Assembly (NCBI GenBank): GCA_964016885.1
Contig: OZ024764.1
Location: 23,932,001 to 23,996,000, forward strand
From: Eledone cirrhosa
Taxonomy: Eukaryota
Direction: 5' to 3'
Length of the DNA stretch: 64,000 nt
A program made the position numbers and the translations under genes. Positions 54,346 through 64,000 of the stretch are shown here, in pieces. The notes beneath the pieces are model-generated. The model saw nothing but the letters and a program-made list of their open reading frames with translations, was not told the DNA's origin and did no database searches. Positions within the stretch are counted from its first letter, which is position 1, and every line of letters begins with the position of its first letter.

Positions 54346-54789
54346 ATGGAGATGTAAAGTGCGAGAATGGAAATGAGAAAGAGATATAGAGGAAGATTCA
54401 ACCCCAGTACTTGACTGGTACTTTTTTTTATCGGCCTCGAAAGGATGAAAGGCAAAGTTGACCTCGGCGGGATTTGAACTGAGAGCAGAGAGCTGGAACC
54501 AATACTGCAAGACATTCTCTCTGACGTTCTGATGACTCTGCCATTTTGTTGCCTGTTATCAGAACTGAACACGGGTTAAATAAAAAAATAGGGGTGAGAT
54601 ATATCTTCTCACCCTTTATACTAAGGAGGGGAGTGGGCATTGAAGATAAATACTGACTCCCTTCCATTCAGTGATCCTGTAACCTTTTGACACTTGGTCA
54701 CAGTGACCCTATTACCCAGTGTCACTGTGACCCTGTTACTCAGTGCTTTTGTGACCCCAGTGCCTCTGTGACCCTGTTACCAGTGCCTC

Positions 54790-55335
54790 TGTGACCCAGT
54801 TGACCCTCTAACCCAGCGCCATGGTGAGCCTGTATCACAGTGTCCCTATGACCCAGTTGACCCTCTAACCCAGCGCCATGGTGGGCCTGTATCACAGTGT
54901 CCCTATGACCCAGTTGACCCTCTAACCCAGCGCCTTGGTGGTCCTGTATCGCAGTGTCCCTATGACCCAGTTGAACCTCTAACCCAGCGCCATGGTGGGC
55001 CTGTATCACAGTGTCCCTATGACCCAGCGCCATGGTGGGCCTGTATCACAGTGTCCCTATGACCCAGTTGAACCTCTAACCCAGCGCCATGGTGGGCCTG
55101 TATCACAGTGTCCCTATGACCCAGTTGACCATCTAACCCAGCGCCATGGTGGGCCTGTATCACAGTGTCCCTATGACCCAGTTGACCTTCTAACCCAGCG
55201 CCATGGTGGGCCTGTATCGCAGTGTCCCTATGACCCAGTTGACCCTCTAACCCAGCGCCATGGTGGGCCTGTATCACAGTGTCCCTATGACCCAGTTGAC
55301 CCTCTAACCCAGCGCCATGGTGGGCCTGTATCCAG
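54790..55335. repeat. 63-bp minisatellite, ~9 copies
   Basis: Unit tgacccagttgaccctctaacccagcgccatggtgggcctgtatcacagtgtcccta and variants. Confidence 0.92.
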
Positions 55336-55387
55336 TGATACAATGGGTGACCCCCACCGATGTTTGGAAAGTGGAGCTGATACTCAC

Positions 55388-55601
55388 CTTGTGTGCTGTT
55401 TCTAATGGAAGAATTATTCTTCCACTCGTTGAGAAGTTTCTGGTTATGTTTCATCTCGACTCCCACAGTAGGATCAGCAGTAGCTGTAGGGCCTGTAGTG
55501 GTAGAAGATGTAGGGCCTGTAGTGGTAGATGTAGGGCTTGTGTTGTGGTTTTGACCCTCAAACTTTAGTTGTTTTGAAACAGCCTTTCGCACTGCTGGTT
55601 T
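55388..55601 (-). CDS. RPGRIP1L: Probable RPGRIP1L exon (Thr/Ser-rich linker)
   Basis: ctttcag|AAA CCA; KPAVRKAVSKQLKFEGQ...RNSTQ G|GTGAGT; phases 0->1 match both neighbours; the frame stays open upstream to ~55722, so the acceptor is uncertain. Confidence 0.7.
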
Positions 55602-55814
55602 CTGAAAGTGTGCATGAAATTGAGACAAATATATATTTAGAATGTCTGACTGGTATGGAGATGTGGTGTGAATGGATGATTGTTGGGTGAAGACGTGCCA
55701 GGAGTTCTCAGTTGAAGGGAGCTACTGTAGAAAAGTGGACATTAAATGATGATGATGATGATATATATATATATATAATAACTAGAAATTGATTAACATA
55801 TAAATAAACATGAA

Positions 55815-56240
55815 TATGGCTCAGTGGTTAGAGCATTGGCCTTGCAATCGAAAGGATGGAGGCACATGGCTTAGTGGTTAGAGCATTGGCCTTGCAATCG
55901 AAAGGATGGAGGCACATGGCTTAGTGGTTAGAGCATTGGCCTTGCAATCGAAAGGTTGTGAGTTCAATTCTCAGACCGGGTGATGTGTTGTTTCCTTGAG
56001 CAAGACACTTTATTTCACATTGCTCCAGTTTACTCAGCTGTAGAAATGAGATGATAGGGACTGGGGTCCCTATCATTCCACTGCAAAGTGGTCGTGGAGG
56101 TGCCACGGCAAAAAAGCACCCAGCACTCACTGTAAATGAGGTTGGTGTTAGGAAGGACATCCAGCTGTAGAAATCAAGCCAGAATCAGTTCCTGTCCCAC
56201 CCTTGCAAGCAGGGAAAAAGTGGACGTATGATGAAATGAT
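55815..56240 (+). mobile_element. SINE of the same family as 53069, with a triplicated 5' head and a single 49-bp unit
   Basis: tggct(c/t)agtggttagagcattggccttgcaatcgaaagg x3; body nearly identical to 53120-53300. Confidence 0.85.
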
Positions 56241-56241
56241 G

Positions 56242-56450
56242 AATCACAGGAGATAATTTTTACAAGTGTGTAAGCACACATAGCTAGGTAGGTAACTAAA
56301 TAAAGTTAACCAGAACTTCAAAAATAGATACCTTATATTATGATTAATCATATTATAAGGTATCTATTTTTGAAGTTCTGGTCAACTTTATTTAGTTACC
56401 TACCTAGCTATGTGTGCTTACACACTTGGAAAAAATTATCTCCTGTGATT
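56242..56450. repeat. ~105-bp-arm palindrome
   Basis: aatcacaggagataattt...tatgattaatcata...aattatctcctgtgatt. Confidence 0.9.
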
Positions 56451-56594
56451 ATTCATGTTTATTTATATGTTAATCAATTTCTAGTTATTATAAAATACTC
56501 GGACCTATTCGTTAGAATCTTAGAGCTTATTTTGCGGGTGATATGGCGCATGTCTTTCTGGCATGACACCCATTATTTTGATTATCTTAATTTT

Positions 56595-56643
<49 letters not shown>

Positions 56644-56659
56644 TATTTCCAAGAAATAT

Positions 56660-56910
56660 CTCCAGTCTCAAAAAAAGTTGCCTGCAGACGAATGAAACTG
56701 GCTGGACACTGCATCCGTCACCCAGAAGAGACGGCATCACAACTTGTGCTCTGGAACCCGACAGTCGGACAAAGAAGTGTGGGAAGACAGGCTGTCTCGT
56801 TCATTGATACCCTGCTGGGAGGTGTCAACATTTATAACATCAACGAACTGAGAAATGTCCTGCTTGACCGGAACGATTGGAGAAAGTGTGCTGGATATTT
56901 GCGAGTGTAA
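56660..56910 (+). mobile_element. RTE-type LINE 3' fragment (second family)
   Basis: RRMKLAGHCIRHPEETASQLVLWNPTVGQRSVGR...DRNDWR. Confidence 0.8.
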
Positions 56911-56939
56911 ACTGTGTGTGTGTGTGTGTGTGTGTGGAG

Positions 56940-56976
<37 letters not shown>

Positions 56977-57639
56977 AGGTACGTGGCTGAGTGGTTAGAG
57001 AATTGGATTCGCAATTGTGAGGTTGTGAGTTCGATTCCCAGGCCGGGCGATGCGTTATGTCCTTGAGCAAGACACTTTATTTCACGTTGCTCCTTCTACC
57101 TGGAGTTGCGACCGATAGATAGTATTAGCAATTGGAAAGACCAACGGAAACATTGTTTCCTCGGTCCGATTTGACGAAAGTCAATCGACTGTCTATATAT
57201 ATATATATAGAGAGAGAGAGTGAGATGTGTCTATATATGTGAGTGTTTACATGTGTATGATGATATATATATATATCATCATCATCGTTTAACGTCCATC
57301 TTCCACGCTAGCATGGGTTTGGATGGGAATTGTCCCACTTGAGGCAAGATTTGTTGTCCTGCTCGCATAGGACTGTCTGGCGGGTTTTCTACTGCTGGAT
57401 GCCCTTCCTAACACCAACCACGTTTACAGTGTGGACTGGGAGGTTTTTACCGTGTTACCTACACGGCCACATTACAGCGTGGACTGTGTGTTTTTTTGTC
57501 GTGACACCTACACGACCTCATTTGTTTCGGACTGGATGTTGTGGTACCAACATAACTTCACATTTAAGGGGGTGGTGTGGATGGGGTGGGGGTAGTGGGA
57601 CGGGGGTGTATTTTTGTTAGAGGTGCCTACTGACTGTAG

Positions 57640-59165
57640 GTTTCGCTTTGTACTTAGGCAAGGCGGGTCTTCAGTATTACTGTGTACCGCCAAAGGTCTC
57701 GGTCCAGTGACATTGTCTTGGAGAGGTGTAAGTGTGTGAGGTCGGAATTTATCAAGTCGTCCCAGGTTTTTCTGGGTCTACCTACTCCGTGGCTACCGTC
57801 TATTTTTATCGCCCTGCACTTTTTTATACAGCTGTCGTCTTTCATGTGCATCACGTGACCATACCAACGTAGTCTTCTCTCGAGTAAACAGCATCTGATC
57901 CCTCTTATCTCTAATTTTTTCCTTAGTTCGTTTATGATTTGCCGTTCACGTATATTACTATTACACATCCAGCGGAGCATGCAAGCTTCGTTCCTCTCCA
58001 GTCTGCGTATATCCTCTGCACACAATGCCCATGTCTCACTGCCATGTAACATTGCTGTTCGTATACAAGCATCATACAGCCTGCCTTTCATTTTTAGAGA
58101 GAAACCCTTAGCGGCCAATAGTGGTATAAGCTCTCTGAACTTTTTCCATCCAGTTCTGACTCTGGCTACTCTACTTTCAGAACACCCTCCACCACTGCTG
58201 ATTTTGTCACCCAGGTAACGGAAGGTGTCCACTATTTCTATACAACCATCTGTGCAATGGAATGAGCTGGTATTCTGTAGGCACTTGCTGCTACTTATTG
58301 CACCTGAGCACCGGCCACATATAAAATCTATATTCTTAGTTAGCTTACCTGTGATCCCACTACATCTTTTATGCACCCATACTTTGCATTTGGGACATAA
58401 AATGGAGTTTCTACCTACTCCTTTCCTACACACTGAGCATGGCCATTTCCCAGATGGGACCGGTGCCCTATTTTCCTTCCTACAAACTAGAACTTTAGTC
58501 TTAGACAGGTTAATTTTAAGGCCTTTTGATTCTAGGCCATGCTTCCATGTTTGGAATTTCTTCTCTAGTTCAGCCATTGATTCAGCTATGAGCATTAGAT
58601 CATCTGCGTATAGAAGTTCCCATGGGCAGCCGGTCTTGAACTCCTCTGTTATAGCCTGAAGGCAATAATAAATAGTAGGGGGCTAAGAACAGAGCCCTGG
58701 TGAACACCAACTTTTACGCTAAACTCTTCACTATATTCGTTGTTAATTCTAACCTTACTGACTGTTTCTTTATACATGGCTTGTATAGCTCTCACAAGCC
58801 ATTCATCAACATCTAGTTTTCTGAGAGCCCACCAGATAATGGAGCGGGGGACTCTGTCAAAGGCTTTCTCCAAATCAACAAAAGCTAAGTATAGGGGTTT
58901 ACTTTTAGCTAGGTACTTCTCCTGTAGTTGTCGTACAATGAAAAGAGCGTCTGTGGTACTTTTGCCTGACACAAACCCAAACTGCATTTCATCTAGATCA
59001 ATTCTCTCTCTGATTAGTTGTGCTATTACTTTTTCTGTGACCTTCATGACCTGGTCGATTAATTTAATGCCTCTATAATTTCCCCCATCTAGGGCATACC
59101 CTTTACCCTTGTAGCAGTTAATGATGATGCTGCTACGCCAGTCCTTCGGAACGACCCCATTCTGT
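57640..59165 (-). mobile_element. RTE LINE RT and C-terminal fragment
   Basis: ORFs 58649-59236 and 57654-58595 carry RT motifs and WPCSVC..CPKC..WVH..C; one frameshift near 58660. Confidence 0.93.
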
Positions 59166-59171
59166 ATATGT

Positions 59172-59243
59172 ATATATATTATCTGATGAGGATGTACTGA
59201 AAAAACAGCACAGTACCTCCGAAATATATATAACAAAATATAT
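59172..59243 (+). ncRNA. Type-I hammerhead ribozyme candidate (left partner of an inverted pair)
   Basis: CTGATGA GGATGTACTG-(11)-CAGTACCTCC GAAA TATATA TA acaaaatatat. Confidence 0.6.
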
Positions 59244-59343
59244 TTTGATTACGTGAATGTCTATATTTATTAATATTTTGAATTAATATTTATATATATA
59301 TATATTAAAATATAAGTATTAATAAAATAGATGTTCTTTTGAT

Positions 59344-59410
59344 CAATTACATTTTATTATACATATTTCGGATGTACAACAGTACGTCCTCATCAGACAA
59401 AATATAATTG
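59344..59410 (-). ncRNA. Complete type-I hammerhead ribozyme
   Basis: caattatattttgt CTGATGA GGACGTAC-tgtt-GTACATCC GAAA TA-tg-TA TA ataaaatgtaattg; 14-bp stem I. Confidence 0.78.
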
Positions 59411-59654
59411 TTACTACTTTAGGCACAAGGCCAGCAATTACCCAGTGCATTACTGGTACTTTATTTTATCGACCCCGTAAGGATAAAAGGCAAAGTTAAC
59501 CTCGGCGGGATTTGAACTCAGATCATAAAGGGACGTAACTATGCTGGAAAGCATGGCGTCCGACCCTCTACCGATACTGCCAATCCACCACCCTGACAAA
59601 ATATAATGATACATGACATACCCTGAGATGTTAAATGGTTAAGATTTAATCTCT

Positions 59655-59657
59655 CTT

Positions 59658-59729
<72 letters not shown>

Positions 59730-59891
59730 TGTGTGTCTATATATGTGAGTGTTTCCATGTATATATATATATATAATATATATATATATAATATATATAT
59801 ATAATATATATATAATATATATATATATATAATATATATATATATAATATATATATATATAATATATATATATATAATATATATATATAAT

Positions 59892-59923
<32 letters not shown>

Positions 59924-59978
59924 ATATATATATAATATATATATATAATATATATATATAATATATATATATATATAT

Positions 59979-60013
<35 letters not shown>

Positions 60014-60088
60014 ATATATATATATATAATATATATATATAATATATATATATAATATATATATATATATAATATATATATATATAAT

Positions 60089-60122
<34 letters not shown>

Positions 60123-60152
60123 ATATATATATATATAATATATATATATAAT

Positions 60153-60236
<84 letters not shown>

Positions 60237-60238
60237 CA
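59655..60238. repeat. (TA)n/(GA)n microsatellite
   Basis: Direct reading; similar tracts at 61315-61590 and 62180-62750. Confidence 0.95.
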
Positions 60239-60409
60239 CTGTTCAAGAGTAACCAATCTTAAAGAGAGAGATGGAGATAGTAGAGGAGAGATTGGTGAGT
60301 TAGTTAGAAGCCAAAGGGTAAAGGCATGTGCTCAATGTGCAATATGCAGTAGAAAGCAGCTAGGTGGCTGGGTTCATGCAGAAGTTAGGTGCGCAGAGCT
60401 GGAAATATT

Positions 60410-61313
60410 CATTAGTTAAGCAAAACAAGGCCACAAACTTCACAAGGAAGACATTATTAAAAGATTGTCAAGATATTTTAGTTTGATGTAAGGAATGTAG
60501 AGAATAATAATAATAATATTAATAATAATAATGTCCGTTTACAATTGTTTCGCTACTCCATATAATATTTCTGGATCAGATGACTATATATCATAATTGA
60601 TCTGCTTCAGTTGAGAATAATTAACATATTTAAAAAACAGAGCGGCTCATCGGAACTTCAAAGGAATATAAATTAAAATAATGGGATAATGTTACTTAAT
60701 ATAATGTTCCATATATTGGTTTTTACTATGGTGTCTTGGTTGCATCAGTTGTCAGCCATAATCAAGCAGTATTCATCTGTCGAGGCTGCATTGTGTGAGA
60801 TCTGCCTATGGGTAACACCATAATAAAAACCAATATATGGAACATTATCCCATTATTTTAATTTATATTCCTTTGAAGTTCCGATGAGCCACTCTGTTTT
60901 TTAAATATGTTAATTATTTTCAACTGAAGCAGATCAATTATGATATATAGTCATCTGATCCAGAAATATTATATGGAGTAGCGAAACAATTGTAAACGGA
61001 CATTATTATTATTAATAGGCGGCGGATTGGCAGTATTGGTAGAGGGTCGAACGCCATGCTTTGACGCATAGAGTTACGGCCCTTGCCATTCTGAGTTCAA
61101 ATCCCGCCGAGGTTAACTTTGCCTTTCATCCTTACGGGGTCCTTACCAGTAATACACTGGGTAATTGCTGGCCTTGTGCCTAACGTAGAAACAATTATTA
61201 TTAATATTATTATTATTATTCTCTACATTCCTTACATCAAACTAAAATATGTTGACAATCTTTTAATAATGTTTTCCTTGTGAAGTTTGTGGTCTTGTTT
61301 TGCTTAACTAATG
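60410..61313. repeat. Long inverted repeat (~330-bp arms) with a SINE inserted in the right arm
   Basis: 60410-60735 mirrors 60815-61017 plus 61193-61313; the SINE at 61018-61192 is flanked by an ATTATTATTAATA duplication. Confidence 0.9.
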
Positions 61314-61353
<40 letters not shown>

Positions 61354-61377
61354 TGGGTGTCTATATATGTGAGTGTT

Positions 61378-61495
<118 letters not shown>

Positions 61496-61505
61496 TGTTT
61501 ACATG

Positions 61506-61538
<33 letters not shown>

Positions 61539-61667
61539 CGAGCGAGTCTATATATGTGAGTGTTTACATGTATATATATATATATATACTAAGAATAATG
61601 AGTTCTAAACTCAAGCAGTCCTTTACAATGAAATAGCTCAAAGAAAGAAGTATTTCTGAGCCGTGTA

Positions 61668-62175
61668 ATACAAGTTAATATAAATTAATATATATGATAA
61701 AACACAAATACCAACATATAAGTGTTTGTATTGTAAATGACTAAGTTAGCTAGATTGAAAAATACTAATTATAATAATACAGTTTGCCTGTCTCGATTTA
61801 AAATAATAAATCAATAAAAACAAACGATACAGTCTTTTTAAATATTTTGAAGTGAAACATACCAATTGTTCAGGGTACTTACTGAGGAGAGCTGAACGGG
61901 GTATTTTTTCACTTTTTCATTTCGAAACTTATTTGGATTTTGAAGTTTAAACTTATCTACGGAACAGGTTTGATTTTGAAATTTAAATTTGTCTAAGTAC
62001 CACGGCCATTTGCCAATATCGTTTGTTTTTATTGATTTATTATTTTAAATCGAGACAGGCAAACTGTATTATTATAATTAGTATTTTTCAATCTAGCTAA
62101 CTTAGTCATTTACAATACAAACACATATATGTTGGTATTTGTGTTTTATCATATATATTAATTTATATTAACTTG

Positions 62176-62178
<3 letters not shown>
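61668..62178. repeat. Inverted repeat (~162-bp arms) enclosing a hammerhead fold
   Basis: 61668-61829 mirrors 62017-62178. Confidence 0.9.
61874..62001 (+). ncRNA. Type-I hammerhead ribozyme with extended stem III
   Basis: ggtactta CTGAGGA GAGCTGAA...TTCATTTC GAAAC (62-nt hairpin) GTC taagtacc. Confidence 0.68.
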
Positions 62179-62206
<28 letters not shown>

Positions 62207-62295
62207 CGAGAGTCTATATATGAGTGTTTACATGTATATATATAGAGAGAGAGGGAGAGAGAGAGAGCGAGTCTATATATGTGAGTGTTTACATG

Positions 62296-62381
<86 letters not shown>

Positions 62382-62384
62382 GCA

Positions 62385-62421
<37 letters not shown>

Positions 62422-62450
62422 GAGAGAGAGAGTCTATATATGTGAGTGTT

Positions 62451-62523
<73 letters not shown>

Positions 62524-62578
62524 GTGTCTATATATGTGAGTGTTTACATGTATATATATATATAGAGAGAGAGAGAGC

Positions 62579-62701
<123 letters not shown>

Positions 62702-62751
62702 TATATATGTGAGTGTTTACATGTATATATATATATATATATATAATATAC

Positions 62752-63168
62752 CGGCTGTGAGGAGTTGAGAAGCTTCTGTGGCAGGACATCACTGGGCTGG
62801 TTGTTGAGGTGGGTGGCTGGGGTAGATGTCGTGAAGGGGCCACCTTGGTGAGACGGGGACTGTAACGAGGATGAGGATGACTGTGTGACGGCTGGCAGCA
62901 TGACTACCGGTGAGTCTTGACCCGACAACTGTGACGACGACGACGACGACGGTGGTGGTGGAGGTGGTGACGACATGTTGCTGCCCACCACGGCGGCCAT
63001 ATTGGTTCTGTCTTCCTTCAGCTTGACAGGTTCCTGCTGTGACATGAGGCTCTGCAGGCTGGCACCCCCGCCACTGACAACACCACCACTGCCACTGGCA
63101 TCATCATCATCATCATCGACGATCATGTGAAGCGAGGAAGCTGGGGTCTGGCTGGTGTGGACTTGACC
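62752..63168 (-). CDS. RPGRIP1L: Probable RPGRIP1L exon (Ser/Pro/Gln-rich linker)
   Basis: tttgtccccgcag|GGT CAA; 139 codons with no stop; donor CCG|GTATAT; phase 0->0 fits the next exon at 55601. Gene assignment rests on position and phase. Confidence 0.68.
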
Positions 63169-63317
63169 CTGCGGGGACAAAATATGTAAAACAGATTAAA
63201 TTAGGAGGAGGCTATGTAGCCGGTAAGAGTGTCAGACACCAAAAGTTGTTGCCAGAGTTGAGACAACTTGAAATGTTTTCCACCTTAAATTGTTAAAAAA
63301 ACAAGTTAAAATCATTT

Positions 63318-64000
63318 AGAGACAAGAGAGGTGTAAACCTACATATACACACATCTACAGGTAAATATATAGACAGATAGAGACAAGACAGGTGTAAACC
63401 TACATATACACACATCTACAGGTAGATATATAGACAGATAGAGACAAGACAGGTGTAAACTTACATATACACACATCTACAGGTAAATATATAGACAGAT
63501 AGAGACAAGACAGGTGTAAACCTACATATACACACATCTACAGGTAGATATATAGACAGATAGAGACAAGAGAGGTGTAAACCTACATATACACACATTT
63601 ACAGGTAGATATATAGACAGGTAGAGACAAGAGAGGTGTAAACCTACATATACACACATCTACAGGTAAATATATAGACAGATAGAGACAAGAGAGGTGT
63701 AAACCTACATATACACACATCTACAGGTAGATATATAGACAGATAGAGACAAGACAGGTGTAAACTTACATATACACACATCTACAGGTAAATATATAGA
63801 CAGATAGAGACAAGACAGGTGTAAACCTACATATACACACATCTACAGGTAGATATATAGACAGATAGAGACAAGAGAGGTGTAAACCTACATATACACA
63901 CATTTACAGGTAGATATATAGACAGGTAGAGACAAGAGAGGTGTAAACCTACATATACACACATCTACAGGTAAATATATAGACAGGAAGAGACAAGAGA
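63318..64000. repeat. 61-bp minisatellite (runs off window)
   Basis: Unit agagacaagacaggtgtaaacctacatatacacacatctacaggtagatatatagacagat. Confidence 0.95.

Noticed and set aside
55017-55387. HRDTVIQAHHGAGLEGQLG repeat as part of the protein
   Set aside because: It lies after a strong G|GTGAGT donor and is read-through into a 63-bp intronic minisatellite.

Overview
This is eukaryotic, AT-rich, repeat-dense animal DNA, most consistent with an octopus or other cephalopod (inferred from the tandem C2H2-ZNF gene, RTE LINEs, tRNA-derived SINEs and long microsatellites). Two host genes are supported. One is a single-coding-exon C2H2 zinc-finger gene (4590-6431, +). The other is the 3' part of RPGRIP1L/fantom (- strand), which I reconstructed as 7 phase-compatible GT-AG exons from 63168 down to a stop at 34596. 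The rest is retroelement debris (RTE, R4/Dong-like, Tx1/L1, CR1, SINEs), MITEs and more than 10 distinct minisatellites. Most ORFs in the supplied track are artefacts of simple repeats. Three things stand out. (1) A set of type-I hammerhead-ribozyme folds, mostly inside long palindromes resembling Penelope or retrozyme ends; two have unusually long stem II or stem III. (2) A scrambled ~14 kb duplicated and inverted block (11-25 kb). Its centre carries a GC-rich Pol III-like hairpin RNA, an octamer cluster and an array of 9 B-boxes, with decayed adenain-like protease motifs nearby, so it may be a Polinton/Maverick remnant. (3) Several minisatellites that arose from pieces of SINEs or LINEs whose monomers are still in the window.
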